DNA of 52,398 nt. Origin: Bifidobacterium breve. Lineage in GTDB: Bacteria > Actinomycetota > Actinomycetes > S36-B12 > UBA5976. Made by a program: the position numbers and the translations under genes. The stretch spans positions 1-52,398 of the forward strand of contig CAMBGF010000003.1 of the NCBI GenBank assembly GCA_945866135.1, read 5' to 3'. The stretch's first letter is position 1, and the number at the start of each line of letters is the position of its first letter. Below are positions 28,584-38,907 of this stretch, piece by piece. The notes under the pieces are model-generated. The model did not search any database, was not told the origin of the DNA, and was given only the letters and a program-made list of their open reading frames with translations.

Positions 28584-28988
28584 CTAACTTCCAGGTAACA
28601 AAGTCATGGAAATTGAATTAATGCAATAACGCAGATCTGTTGGAGTCTGGTAACCCTCACCCTCGAAGACATGTCCTAAATGCGAGTCGCAAGCTGCGCA
28701 ACGAATCTCGGTACGCACCATACCCATAGTTTTGTCTTTGATTTCGATTACAGATTCGGCAGCAAGGGGAGTGAAAAATGATGGCCAGCCACACCCACTG
28801 TGGAACTTTGCATCACTTCTAAATAATTCTGCGCCACATGCGCGACAAGCGTAAATGCCGCTGGTTTCAGTGTCGGTGTATTCACCAATGAAGGGAGCCT
28901 CGGTGCCCGATGCCCGCAGCACGCGATACTCCTCGGGACTTAATTCGTTGCGCCACTGCTCGTCAGACTTTTCTACTTTTTCAACCAT
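28584..28988 (-). CDS. msrB: Peptide-methionine (R)-S-oxide reductase
   Basis: GTEAPF, CRAC, GCGWPSF, CAACDSHLGHVF, RYCINS. Confidence 0.97.
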   Translation of the reverse strand: MVEKVEKSDEQWRNELSPEEYRVLRASGTEAPFIGEYTDTETSGIYACRACGAELFRSDAKFHSGCGWPSFFTPLAAESVIEIKDKTMGMVRTEIRCAACDSHLGHVFEGEGYQTPTDLRYCINSISMTLLPGS

Positions 28989-29015
28989 GGCTCAAGGTTA
29001 CGGCAGAAATGAAAA

Positions 29016-29723
29016 CTACGCTTTGGTCTTTAAGTAGCGCTGGAATTTAAACTCGCCAGTTGTTGCGCTCGCTGCAAGGTGCCAGTTCAAATCATTGGGC
29101 AATACGTTTGGCAGTGCGCTTTCAATGCCTGCGACAACTGGCGAAATTGTTAAGTCATATTCATCTACAAGTTCGGCTGCGAGTAGCTGTGATAAAAGTC
29201 TAGGACCGCCTTCGCAAGTAACTTTTGCGAAACCCAAGTCGGAAAGAGTTTCAATTAGTCGAATTGTAAAATTACCATCGTTTAAAACCGGCACGACTTT
29301 AGCTACGCTAAGCAATTCACTCGAGGGTTCAATGTTGCCGGCATTAATAACTATCGTTTGCTGCTCGCCACCGTGAAAAAGGGGAGAGGTTAAATCAAAA
29401 TTTAAACTCGAACTAACTATGACAAGAGTTGGTGTGGGCCGATTTAGGAAAGCAAATTCTGCTCGTTTTTTAGGCGCTCGATAATTTTCTTGGCGAGCAG
29501 TATTTGCTCCCACTAGCAAAACATCTGAGAGTGCTCGCAACAGCAAAAGCAGCGACAAATCTTGCGGACTGGTTAAGTCGCGCGAGGTGTCATTTGGTCC
29601 GACAAATTGTCCATCTTGAGATACCACCATGTTGGCGCGCACCCAGGAAGATTTTGGCGGCTGATAATGCTTGGCTATCTCTTGTAGCGTTGCATTTGCC
29701 AAATCTAGAGCCACCAGAGCCAT
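29016..29723 (-). CDS. RibD C-terminal / dihydrofolate reductase family protein
   Basis: VRANMVVSQDG, DVLLVGANTARQENY, CEGGP, VDEYDLTISP; start set to ATG 29723 because the longer ORF runs through tRNA-Val. Confidence 0.85.
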   Translation of the reverse strand: MALVALDLANATLQEIAKHYQPPKSSWVRANMVVSQDGQFVGPNDTSRDLTSPQDLSLLLLLRALSDVLLVGANTARQENYRAPKKRAEFAFLNRPTPTLVIVSSSLNFDLTSPLFHGGEQQTIVINAGNIEPSSELLSVAKVVPVLNDGNFTIRLIETLSDLGFAKVTCEGGPRLLSQLLAAELVDEYDLTISPVVAGIESALPNVLPNDLNWHLAASATTGEFKFQRYLKTKA

Positions 29724-29747
29724 CCTTACATCCCGGCGAGACTTAAA

Positions 29748-29824
29748 TGGTGGTCGATACAGGACTTGAACCTGTGACCTCTTCCATGTCAAGGAAGCGC
29801 GCTAGCCAACTGCGCCAATCGACC
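29748..29824 (-). tRNA. tRNA-Val(GAC)
   Basis: GGTCGAT acceptor stem; anticodon arm CTTCC-TTGACAT-GGAAG; GTTCAAG T-loop; encoded CCA. Confidence 0.96.
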
Positions 29825-29893
29825 GTTGTAGAAAACTACGGTTATTCTTCGTGCTAATTGCTCAATCTTAATTATTATCTCGGTGCAATTACG

Positions 29894-29964
29894 AGGTGGA
29901 GACGGGATTTGAACCCGTGTACAGGGATTTGCAGTCCCTTGCCTCGCCTCTCGGCCACTCCACC
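29894..29964 (-). tRNA. tRNA-Cys(GCA)
   Basis: GGTGGAG acceptor; AGGGA-CTGCAAA-TCCCT anticodon arm; GTTCAAA; U discriminator; CCA not encoded. Confidence 0.96.
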
Positions 29965-29991
29965 GTGGTAGCCCAATTACGAGCTCTTCCG

Positions 29992-30063
29992 AGCGGATGA
30001 CGGGATTCGAACCCGCGACCCTCACCTTGGCAAGGTGATGCTCTACCACTGAGCCACATCCGC
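29992..30063 (-). tRNA. tRNA-Gly(GCC)
   Basis: GCGGATG acceptor; CACC-TTGCCAA-GGTG anticodon arm; GTTCGAA; CCA not encoded. Confidence 0.96.
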
Positions 30064-30148
30064 GTGCAGGCTTAACCTGACCCCGTTACCTTAGCCCAAT
30101 TAAGGCTTGGGTTCAAAGTCAGGCGATTTCACTTCGTAAACTACTGAC

Positions 30149-31213
30149 ATGACGCAAAGCCATGCCATCGCACTTTTTGGTAATCAAATGGCAACTGATT
30201 TGGTCGAAGCAACCACTGACATCAATCGATTGAATAGCGGTGGTTGGTGGGCAGTAACTCAAACTTTTGAGGGTGAATTTGCGGCTTTTCGGTTTGCAAA
30301 TGTGCAGCCCCTTGATTTCGAGGCTCTAACTGAAATGGGAATTTTCACAGTGGGTAACTATCAAAGGGTCGCCCTTGATAGCTGGAAATCATCCATGTCA
30401 CAAGCGCAATACATCCAGGCTGTCGAGGCCATCAAAGCTGACATTGCCAAAGGTTGGGTTTATCAAGTGAATCTTTGTCGAGTTTTATCGGCGCCACTTA
30501 AAAATGATCTTGACGTGCTCGGACTTTACAAATTACTAGCACAACATAATCCAGCTCCATATTTGAGCGCTCTACTTGTTCCTAAATCCATTTCTGGATT
30601 CGCTAGTGATGTTCGAATTGTCAGTGCATCGCCAGAACTGTTTATTTCCCGACATGGTCAAGTGCTGCGTTCAAGTCCAATAAAAGGAACGGCTCGCGTA
30701 GCGGATGAACTTCTTGCTAAGGATCAAGCAGAGAACATCATGATCGTGGACTTGATTCGAAATGACTTAGGGCAAGTTTGTGAGGCCGGCTCGGTTCAAG
30801 TCATAGACCTACTGCGCCTGGAGCAACATCCGGGCCTGGTGCACTTAGTCTCGGATGTTGAAGGAACATTACCTAGCAATGTGAGCTGGCAAGAAATACT
30901 TAAGGCCATGTCGCCACCGGGTTCAGTAAGTGGCGCTCCTAAGAGCAGTGCGCTTGAAGTTATCCACCGATTAGAAAAAGGACCCAGAGAGATATATTGC
31001 GGCGGATTTGGCTGGATTGACATTGCTAAAAACGTTGCGCAGATAGCAGTTGGAATTCGCACATTTTGGCAAAGTGAAACAGCAGATCAACGACAAGTTA
31101 ATTTTGGAACTGGCGCAGGAATAACTTGGGATAGTGATCCGCTTGGGGAATGGCACGAGACGGTGCTCAAAGCTTCACGGCTACTTGATATCGCTGCAAT
31201 GGAATTAGACTAA
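30149..31213 (+). CDS. Chorismate-binding protein (PabB/TrpE component I family)
   Basis: YQVNL, PAPY, SASPELF, PIKGT, AENIMIVDLIRNDL, PPGSVSGAPK, GAGI. Confidence 0.9.
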   Translation: MTQSHAIALFGNQMATDLVEATTDINRLNSGGWWAVTQTFEGEFAAFRFANVQPLDFEALTEMGIFTVGNYQRVALDSWKSSMSQAQYIQAVEAIKADIAKGWVYQVNLCRVLSAPLKNDLDVLGLYKLLAQHNPAPYLSALLVPKSISGFASDVRIVSASPELFISRHGQVLRSSPIKGTARVADELLAKDQAENIMIVDLIRNDLGQVCEAGSVQVIDLLRLEQHPGLVHLVSDVEGTLPSNVSWQEILKAMSPPGSVSGAPKSSALEVIHRLEKGPREIYCGGFGWIDIAKNVAQIAVGIRTFWQSETADQRQVNFGTGAGITWDSDPLGEWHETVLKASRLLDIAAMELD

Positions 31214-31218
31214 GAGGT

Positions 31219-32091
31219 ATGCAGGCAACACACTTCTGGGTCAATGACGAACTCGTTCCAGTAACGCAAGCTAAAGTCAGCGTGCTCGACCATGGCTTTA
31301 CTGTCGCCGATGGCGTTTTTGAAACGCTTTTGGTATTGGACGGCGAAGTTTTCGCGCGGGATCTGCATCTAACACGGCTAGCTAAGTCAGCGGCCGGTCT
31401 TGGTATTGCGCTACCCGATGTAGCTAAATTGAACTCTGCAGTAGATCAAGTGCTCAATGCTCACAAAGCTATGGATTTTGGAAGATTGCGCGTTACTGTA
31501 ACCAGTGGCTCGGGCCCACTGGGTTCTGATCGATCTAACGCAGAACCCACTTTGGTAGTTTCGATATCGGCCCAAGATAAGTGGCCAGATTCCACTTCGG
31601 CGCTGCTGGTGCCATGGACTAGAAATGAAGATTCGCCACTTGCTGGTCTTAAGACAACTTCGTATGCCGAGAACGCTTACGCACTTGAAGCGGCAAAGTC
31701 ACGCGGTTTTTCGGAAGCACTTTTTTGCGATACCTCCAAGCGATTAAGCGAAGGCACTGGATCGAATGTATTCTTAGTCTCCAATGGGGTCGTGATCACT
31801 CCTTCGGATGCAAGTGGGCTCCTCAGGGGAGTCACGCGGGATTTGGTTATCACATGGGCGCAAGAATCAGGAATTGAAATTGAACAACGTGACGTCAGCC
31901 CAGCAGAACTTTGGGATGCGCAGGAGTTGTTCTTGACTTCTTCTACTAGAGACGTATTACCAATAACCGAGTTGGCTTCATTAGATTCTGCTTTGCATCT
32001 AGGCAGCCATCGCACACTTGAAGTTGGCGCAGTGACATTAAAACTGGCGGCAATCTTTCAACAACAGCGCGCTAGAAATATGAACCCATGA
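31219..32091 (+). CDS. Class IV PLP aminotransferase / aminodeoxychorismate lyase
   Basis: DHGFTVADGVFET, HLTRL, LKTTSY, EGTGSNVF, LRGVTR, FLTSS. Confidence 0.9.
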   Translation: MQATHFWVNDELVPVTQAKVSVLDHGFTVADGVFETLLVLDGEVFARDLHLTRLAKSAAGLGIALPDVAKLNSAVDQVLNAHKAMDFGRLRVTVTSGSGPLGSDRSNAEPTLVVSISAQDKWPDSTSALLVPWTRNEDSPLAGLKTTSYAENAYALEAAKSRGFSEALFCDTSKRLSEGTGSNVFLVSNGVVITPSDASGLLRGVTRDLVITWAQESGIEIEQRDVSPAELWDAQELFLTSSTRDVLPITELASLDSALHLGSHRTLEVGAVTLKLAAIFQQQRARNMNP

Positions 32092-32543
32092 GCCCAAACA
32101 ACACTGATCAAAAACACTCGCTATCCGACATGTTGTATCGCAAATACAAGGGTGGTCGAGATTCAGTGCGCACAAACCGAACTCTTGATACAGCCTGGCG
32201 AACTGTGATTCTTGTGGTCGGACTGACGGTAGTTGGCCTTGGTCTATTCTTCTTATTGTTTCCTGGTCCTGGCTGGGCGGTAATATTTGTCGGCCTCATT
32301 ATTCTTGCCACTGAGTATGCCTGGGCACAGAGATTGCTGAATCCATTGAAAGCGTTTACGTCTCGACTAGCTCTACTATTCACGAGTCGGGAGTTCCACG
32401 AAAAGCGGATGAAGGTAATTTTGGCTACGACCATGATCATCATCACTCTTGCCTATGCATATTGGTCTAAGTGGGGAGCGACTATGCAAGGATTTGCACC
32501 ACTTGTGGAACCGATTGAGAACTTCTTCAACATCGAAATTTAA
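32088..32543 (+). CDS. PGPGW-domain membrane protein
   Basis: FPGPGW...GLIILATEYAWA. Confidence 0.85.
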   Translation: MSPNNTDQKHSLSDMLYRKYKGGRDSVRTNRTLDTAWRTVILVVGLTVVGLGLFFLLFPGPGWAVIFVGLIILATEYAWAQRLLNPLKAFTSRLALLFTSREFHEKRMKVILATTMIIITLAYAYWSKWGATMQGFAPLVEPIENFFNIEI

Positions 32544-32630
32544 TGATCTCCCTGTGTCCAGCCTTTATGTTTAAGGCTTAATACACCCCTAGAATTAGGT
32601 CATTATCTTCTTGGACAAGGAATCCACGTT

Positions 32631-34634
32631 TTGAACGTACTTGTAGGACCCGATCGAGTTAGTACTATTCTCGATTCTGGTGCGTGCGCTTACGACGCCG
32701 TTGGAGATAAAGCCCGCCAAGTCGTCGTTGCTCGAGTAAATGGCGAAGTAGTTGACCTCAGCCACCAATTAAGTGATGGCGATCACGTTGAACCAATTCT
32801 GATCTCAGATTCAATTGGTTTGTCGGTTTTGCGGCACAGCGTTGCCCACATAGTTGCGCAGGCTACGCAGGCAGTTTTTACCGATGTCAAACTTGGCATT
32901 GGTCCGCCAACTAAAGATGGTTTCTTTTACGATTTCGGAACAACCCGAACTTTTACACCTGAAGATTTGCTAACTATTGAAAAAAAGTGTGTCGAAATTA
33001 TTAATTCTGGACAGCAATTCGCTAGACGTGTCACAACGCGCGAAGCAGCCCGCATAGAACTAAAGAGTGAACCATTTAAGATCAGGCTTCTTGGCGCAGA
33101 CGATGACGCAACTGTAATGTCCGAGGACGTAATGGAAGTTGGCGGCGGCGAGCTCACAATTTACGACAACATTGATTTGCGAAGTGGCGAACTGCGCTGG
33201 TGCGATTTATGTCGTGGACCTCATGTGCCCGACACTCGATACATTGATGCGCGCGCAATAAAGTTAATGCGAACTTCAGCTGCATATTGGCTTGGTGACC
33301 AAAAAAATGAGTCCATGCAACGTGTTTACGGAACTGCTTGGCCAACTAAAGATGGTTTGAAGCAATACCTAAACATGCTGGAAGAAGCAGAGAAGCGCGA
33401 TCATCGTCGGCTTGGCATTGATCTGGATCTATTTTCATTCCCAGATGAAATTGGTTCGGGTCTTGCGGTATTTCATCCAAAAGGTGGAGTTATTCGCCGT
33501 CAGATGGAGGACTACTCGCGAGTTCGCCATGAAAGTGCGGGTTACCAGTTTGTTTACACACCACACATAACCAAAGGCGCACTTTTTGAGCAATCGGGAC
33601 ACTTGGACTGGTATCGCGAAGGAATGTTCCCTGCGATGCATCTTGACGAAGAACTTCACGAAGATGGCACCGTAAAAAAACAGGGCCAAGATTATTATTT
33701 GAAACCAATGAACTGCCCGTTCCATAATCTAATTTACAAATCACGCGGTCGCTCGTATCGAGAACTCCCGCTCCGGCTCTTTGAATTTGGTTCGGTTTAT
33801 CGTTACGAAAAGTCTGGAGTGATCCATGGCTTAACGCGAGTGCGCGGTATGACCCAAGATGATGCGCATATCTACTGCACCCCAGATCAAATGGGCGGCG
33901 AACTGCAAAACCTACTCAGCTTCGTTCTTGATCTATTGCGAGATTACGGGCTAGATGATTTCTACTTGGAACTTTCCACCCGCAATCCGGAAAAATCAAT
34001 TGGCACCGAACAGGAATGGGAGCAAGCTACGGCTGCTCTCGCGCAAGCTGCCCAGCAATCCGGACTTGAGTTAGTTCCAGATCCTGGCGGCGCAGCGTTT
34101 TATGGACCAAAGATTTCAGTGCAAGCACGAGATGCCATCGGGCGCACTTGGCAGATGTCAACAATTCAAGTGGATTTCCAATTACCCCAGAGATTTGAAC
34201 TTGAATATCAAAGCGCAGAAGGCACCCGCGAACGTCCGATAATGATTCATCGCGCGTTGTTTGGATCTATTGAGCGTTTCTTTGGTGTGCTACTTGAGCA
34301 TTATGCTGGCGCTTTCCCACCATGGTTAGCTCCCGTTCAAGTGGTTGGGATCCCAATTGCTGACGTACATATTGAATATTTAGAAGATGTCGCAGCGAAC
34401 TTACGAATGCAGGGGATTCGCGTTGAAGTTGACGCATCCGATGAACGGATGCAGAAAAAGATTCGCACAGCGCAAACCCAAAAAGTACCTTTTATGTTGA
34501 TTGCGGGCGATGAAGATGTCGCAGCCCAGGCCGTTTCATTTAGATACCGTGATGGGTCCCAAGAAAATGGCGTTCCAATTGCTCAGGCCATTGCGAAAAT
34601 TGTAGAAATAGTTGCTTCACGTGAGCAGATCTAG
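32631..34634 (+). CDS. thrS: Threonine--tRNA ligase
   Basis: TGS domain, [52 protein letters not shown]; TTG start. Confidence 0.97.
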   Translation: MNVLVGPDRVSTILDSGACAYDAVGDKARQVVVARVNGEVVDLSHQLSDGDHVEPILISDSIGLSVLRHSVAHIVAQATQAVFTDVKLGIGPPTKDGFFYDFGTTRTFTPEDLLTIEKKCVEIINSGQQFARRVTTREAARIELKSEPFKIRLLGADDDATVMSEDVMEVGGGELTIYDNIDLRSGELRWCDLCRGPHVPDTRYIDARAIKLMRTSAAYWLGDQKNESMQRVYGTAWPTKDGLKQYLNMLEEAEKRDHRRLGIDLDLFSFPDEIGSGLAVFHPKGGVIRRQMEDYSRVRHESAGYQFVYTPHITKGALFEQSGHLDWYREGMFPAMHLDEELHEDGTVKKQGQDYYLKPMNCPFHNLIYKSRGRSYRELPLRLFEFGSVYRYEKSGVIHGLTRVRGMTQDDAHIYCTPDQMGGELQNLLSFVLDLLRDYGLDDFYLELSTRNPEKSIGTEQEWEQATAALAQAAQQSGLELVPDPGGAAFYGPKISVQARDAIGRTWQMSTIQVDFQLPQRFELEYQSAEGTRERPIMIHRALFGSIERFFGVLLEHYAGAFPPWLAPVQVVGIPIADVHIEYLEDVAANLRMQGIRVEVDASDERMQKKIRTAQTQKVPFMLIAGDEDVAAQAVSFRYRDGSQENGVPIAQAIAKIVEIVASREQI

Positions 34635-34643
34635 GTCTAATCA

Positions 34644-35162
34644 GTGAGCACTGACCCACGTGGCCCACATGCTTGGGATAGATTATGGGCGCCGCATCGC
34701 AAAGAGTACTTAGTTGAAGAAGCTGGGAACTACGACATTGATTCCTGTCCATTTTGTATTGCGCAAACAGTTGATGATCCCACTGGTTTAGTGGTATTCC
34801 GCGCCGCACATGCCTTTGTGGTTATGAATAAGTATCCGTATAACAGTGGGCACATTTTGGTCTGCACAAATCGTCACGTTGCAACATTTGATGAATTGAA
34901 TCCTGATGAAATGCGCGAGGTAGGTGAACTTACTGCCCAAGCAATGCGTACTTTACGAGTGGTCAGTAATGCCCAAGGATTCAACATTGGATTAAACCAG
35001 GGTTCCGTTGCAGGAGCGGGCGTCGCAGATCATTTTCATCAACACGTAGTACCGCGCTGGTCACACGACATTAATTTCATGCCAATTGTTGGCGGCACTA
35101 AAGTATTGCCGGAGTTGATTGAAAGAACTAGGGAATTGCTTTCAGAAAGCTGGAGTAAATAA
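34644..35162 (+). CDS. HIT family protein (Ap4A phosphorylase-like)
   Basis: RLWAPHR, CPFC, NKYPYNSGH, HFHQHVVPRW. Confidence 0.92.
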   Translation: MSTDPRGPHAWDRLWAPHRKEYLVEEAGNYDIDSCPFCIAQTVDDPTGLVVFRAAHAFVVMNKYPYNSGHILVCTNRHVATFDELNPDEMREVGELTAQAMRTLRVVSNAQGFNIGLNQGSVAGAGVADHFHQHVVPRWSHDINFMPIVGGTKVLPELIERTRELLSESWSK

Positions 35163-36179
35163 CAGCGAAGAGCTTTTTGAGTTTCGCAAAGTCGCGGCGG
35201 GTGTAAGTTCACTGGCAATAATGATCGTGGGTGAATCTAACTTAGTATCAACTTTAGAAACCTCACCATTTTTGATCATCAGCAATTCTTCTTGATTCTG
35301 GTCGCCCCACATCCGAGCAATCTCTTCAGTGATCACAATCCCAATTCGCTCCTGCGCATGCGCCACATCAGTTGTCGATTGCGCGTCTACCAAACTCGGC
35401 AGCCACACTGGAGCTAAGTTTGCAATCCAGCTGGAAAACACTCGGATACCGACTTTGAAATCTATCGGCGTAATTGAAACAACATCAGGATGTAACCACG
35501 CCGACTCTAGTTTGGTGACACTTATTGGCAGCCCGGCTTGATGGTTAGCTAAGGTTGCGTCGTCTAAGCCGGAATACGCCAAATGATCAAACAACTCTTC
35601 CCGAGCGGTGCTAGTTATTGCGATGTGCTCAGGATCAGCAGAAACGGTAATCCAATCGGGCGCCGTGCCAGTTTGAATTTCGCTGGTCAATAAGTCGTAG
35701 ATCCCAGCCAGTGAGGATTCATCGTCTGAGTCAATTGGCAAATATCGAATCATAAGATCCGGCTCCATGGTGCGGATAGCAATGGCGCTAAGTTCATCGA
35801 AATCTGCTCGGCCATGAACAGTGTTAGTTGCTAGAAAGTGCCGAGGCAGCGATTGGTCGCGCGCTTGTTGCCAGAGTATGAAGGTTTCGCGACCAACTCC
35901 GCTACTCCCATCTAGGGCCACAACCAGAGCGTCACATGATTGGACAATGCGAGCGTCAATTTGGGATTGCGAATGGGTGACTATTGCAACCTTTGGCATT
36001 GCTGGGAATCGCATCACAGTTGGAGAAGTTGAAACGAGTTGTGCACCCAAATTGGCGCAAAGTTGTTGCAAATCTGCAGTGTCTGAGGTAACCAAATAGA
36101 TCAAGACGTGCGGCTGCCCAGACTCTGCACTGGCACTGGGTAACATCGACATATCCCTACGAATCGTAGTGGTCAACAT
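35142..36179 (-). CDS. Truncated, degenerate EF-G2 (elongation factor G-like) derivative
   Basis: DALVVALDGSSGV...LWQQA...LPR...RADFDE...YLPI resembles the EF-G2 G domain; occupies the EF-G2 position between HIT and pgsA; no GxxxxGKT; start may be 36152 or 36146. Confidence 0.65.
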   Translation of the reverse strand: MLTTTIRRDMSMLPSASAESGQPHVLIYLVTSDTADLQQLCANLGAQLVSTSPTVMRFPAMPKVAIVTHSQSQIDARIVQSCDALVVALDGSSGVGRETFILWQQARDQSLPRHFLATNTVHGRADFDELSAIAIRTMEPDLMIRYLPIDSDDESSLAGIYDLLTSEIQTGTAPDWITVSADPEHIAITSTAREELFDHLAYSGLDDATLANHQAGLPISVTKLESAWLHPDVVSITPIDFKVGIRVFSSWIANLAPVWLPSLVDAQSTTDVAHAQERIGIVITEEIARMWGDQNQEELLMIKNGEVSKVDTKLDSPTIIIASELTPAATLRNSKSSSLLFTPAF

Positions 36180-36197
36180 GTTGCTAAGGGGGACACG

Positions 36198-36806
36198 GTG
36201 CTAGATAACCCAAAATCTCGGCGTTCCTTGGCTCATTTAGTTGACCCGATTGCCAAACTTTTAATCAAGGCTCGGATTACTCCGGATGCTTTAACTTGGT
36301 TTGGCGCCGGCGCCACGTTAGTAATTTCGGTGGTTTTTCTTGCGCAAGGCGATTTTTTACTCGGCGCGTTATTGTTTGGAGCTTTTGGTTCAATTGATTT
36401 GCTCGACGGCACCATGGCTCGAATGCTTGGAACATCGGGGGCGTGGGGAGCGTTTCTGGACTCCACTTTGGATCGAGTTTCCGATGCCGCAGTAATTTGC
36501 GGAATTTGTTTTTACTACGCGAATAACGATTTGCCTAATAGCAACTTAGTAGTAAGCGCTGGAGTCATTGCCTTAGTTATGGGCTTGATGACTTCCTATG
36601 CTCGCGCAAAAGCGGAATCCCTAAATGCAAAGTGCACAATCGGAATAGCAGAACGCGCAGAGCGAAATATATTGATTTGGATATCACTACTAATCACAAG
36701 TTTGGTTACCGATGTAATGAGTTATGCATTTGTAATTCTTGCGGTTGTTTCTACAATTACCGTGATCCAGAGAATTGTTTACGTTCGTAAACAATTAGTT
36801 TCATGA
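36198..36806 (+). CDS. pgsA: Phosphatidylinositol phosphate synthase (CDP-alcohol phosphatidyltransferase)
   Basis: DLLDGTMAR...GAFLDSTLDRVSD; SYARAKAE; ERAER. Confidence 0.93.
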   Translation: MLDNPKSRRSLAHLVDPIAKLLIKARITPDALTWFGAGATLVISVVFLAQGDFLLGALLFGAFGSIDLLDGTMARMLGTSGAWGAFLDSTLDRVSDAAVICGICFYYANNDLPNSNLVVSAGVIALVMGLMTSYARAKAESLNAKCTIGIAERAERNILIWISLLITSLVTDVMSYAFVILAVVSTITVIQRIVYVRKQLVS

Positions 36807-37720
36807 ATCTCAAATCCACCGCGATTGATGCTTCTTATTGGCTTGGTTGGCACCTCTTTTGGCGGCTTCCAGCTCGACTCTCGTACTGGTTTTTCGATAA
36901 GAGCGCGATCGTAGTCTGGAAACGCGAAATTAAAGGAGTCCGTCAACTGGAACTGAATTTGGCTCGAGTGCATGGTTACACGCAAACTGATCCGCGAATT
37001 CGAGATTTAAGTCTGCTTGCTATGCGCAGTTACATGCGTTACTACTGCGAGACGTTCTTGCTCCTGCGATGGAGTAAGGAAAAAATTTTGCGCACTGTGC
37101 AGGCCGAGAATGTTGAACCGCTGCAAACTGCATTGAAATCTGGTGGCGCAGTACTTGCTCTGCCACATCTGGCAAATTGGGATTTAGCCGGGGCTTGGGC
37201 TGCGCTGTATTTTGGCTCAGTGTGTTCCGTTGCCGAGCGCTTAAGGCCAGAAGGGGTATTCCAAAAATTTTTGGCTATGCGAGCTGCTCTTGGCGTAAAA
37301 CTCATGCCATTAACGGGCGAGGGTGGCACGTATGAATTTCTTAGAGATCACGTGAATCAAGGTGAGCTGGTCGCACTTCTGGGTGATCGAGATGTTGCAA
37401 AGAGTGGAATGAGTAATGAATTCTTTGGACATCGTGCATCGATTCCAATCGGTCCAGCGTTGCTGGCTCTTGACACTGGTCGACCACTTTTTACTTGTGC
37501 GCCTTGGTATGACGGCGAAAACATGGTGATTACTTTTGATAACGAAATTGAATTTGACCGAAGTCCAGTGCAAGGTCGGGAGCGCCTGCGCCGAGCACAG
37601 GAAGTCACCGCTCAAGTTCTAAGTAATTTCGAGACACACATTGCTGCTCATTCAAGTAACTGGCATCAATTGCAGCCGATTTGGCCAGACTTAGTTGCGA
37701 ATCCTGAGACGAGCAAATGA
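36803..37720 (+). CDS. patA: Phosphatidylinositol mannoside acyltransferase
   Basis: SYMRYYCETF, PHLANWD (HxxxxD), AERL, LLGDRD, WHQLQ; between pgsA and pimA. Confidence 0.9.
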   Translation: MNLKSTAIDASYWLGWHLFWRLPARLSYWFFDKSAIVVWKREIKGVRQLELNLARVHGYTQTDPRIRDLSLLAMRSYMRYYCETFLLLRWSKEKILRTVQAENVEPLQTALKSGGAVLALPHLANWDLAGAWAALYFGSVCSVAERLRPEGVFQKFLAMRAALGVKLMPLTGEGGTYEFLRDHVNQGELVALLGDRDVAKSGMSNEFFGHRASIPIGPALLALDTGRPLFTCAPWYDGENMVITFDNEIEFDRSPVQGRERLRRAQEVTAQVLSNFETHIAAHSSNWHQLQPIWPDLVANPETSK

Positions 37721-38907
37721 GAATCGGAATTGTTTGTCCATATTCCTGGGATATTCCTGGTGGAGTAAGCGCCCACGTAAATGATTTAGCGCAAGCACTC
37801 ATTCGGATGGGACATTATGTGAGCGTGTTAGCACCAGCAGAATTTGATGAGCTACTTCCCGATTTTGTTGTCTCAACTGGAAAGCCGCGGGCAGTTAAAT
37901 ACAACGGCTCTACTGCCCGACTGAGTTTTGGTCCACTGGTAGCGCGCAAAGTTTCGAAGTGGATCGAAGAGGGTGAATTCGATGTGCTGCATGTGCACGA
38001 ACCACTTTCGCCAAGTTTGTCAGTATTGGCGTGCTGGGCCGCTAATGGACCGATAGTTGCGACTTGGCATTCTGCAATGGATCGCTCCCGCATGATGTTG
38101 ACGTTATCCAAACTCGGGCAAACCGCAATGGAAAAAGTTTCGGCTCGGATAGCAGTTAGCGAGGCAGCTCGCGCTACTTTAATTAAGCACGTCGGCGGCG
38201 ACGCAGTAGTCATACCAAATGGTGTTGACGTTTCTTCGTTCACCAAAGCCACTCCAATGTTTGGTTGGCCAGGGCAAAACATGTCGATCGTGTTTTTAGG
38301 TCGCGGTGACGAGCCACGTAAAGGTCTTGAGATTCTCGTTGATGCTTATACGCAAATTCGAAAGATTTTTCCAAATGTCAGATTGCTCATTGCCGGCCCA
38401 GGTGAACCAGCGGATACTTTAGAAAAGCTTTCTAAAGTTGATCGATCAAGTGTCACAGTGCTTGGCATGATCGCGCCACAAGATAAACCAAGTGTGCTCG
38501 CCTCTGGCACGATTTATGTGGCTCCAAATACTGGCGGAGAATCTTTTGGAATTGTTTTATTGGAAGCTATGGCAAGTGGTACGCCAGTGGTAGCAAGTGA
38601 CCTGGAAGCATTTAAACGAGTTCTAGATTTTGGGCGAGCCGGCATAACATTTGAAAACGAAAATTCGGATGATTTGGCCAAGGTTGTTTGCCAGTTACTC
38701 GGTGATGAAGCAAAACGCACTGAGTTAATTGTCCAGGCAAGACTGCGAGCAGCTGAGTTTGATTGGAATGTCGTGGCGAATGAAATCGTTAATGTCTATG
38801 AATCCGTGCGCGTCCCGGGCGTTAAAGTTGAACCAGACTTGACGGGACAATTTATGGGAAGACTTGCACGTGGTCGCATCACACCAGAGCCTCGCGGTGA
38901 GCTATGA
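37717..38907 (+). CDS. pimA: GT4 phosphatidyl-myo-inositol mannosyltransferase
   Basis: MRIGIVCPYS, PGGV, HVHEP, EPRKG, APNTGGESFGIVLLEAMA. Confidence 0.93.
   Translation: MRIGIVCPYSWDIPGGVSAHVNDLAQALIRMGHYVSVLAPAEFDELLPDFVVSTGKPRAVKYNGSTARLSFGPLVARKVSKWIEEGEFDVLHVHEPLSPSLSVLACWAANGPIVATWHSAMDRSRMMLTLSKLGQTAMEKVSARIAVSEAARATLIKHVGGDAVVIPNGVDVSSFTKATPMFGWPGQNMSIVFLGRGDEPRKGLEILVDAYTQIRKIFPNVRLLIAGPGEPADTLEKLSKVDRSSVTVLGMIAPQDKPSVLASGTIYVAPNTGGESFGIVLLEAMASGTPVVASDLEAFKRVLDFGRAGITFENENSDDLAKVVCQLLGDEAKRTELIVQARLRAAEFDWNVVANEIVNVYESVRVPGVKVEPDLTGQFMGRLARGRITPEPRGEL

Noticed and set aside
29724-30049. 86-aa ORF 29789-30049 and the 29792 start of the RibD-like ORF
   Set aside because: Both are translations of tRNA genes.
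32544-32630. T-box riboswitch before thrS
   Set aside because: Spacer is 87 bp, with a -10 (TAGAAT) about 35 nt before the start; no T-box motif or room for one.
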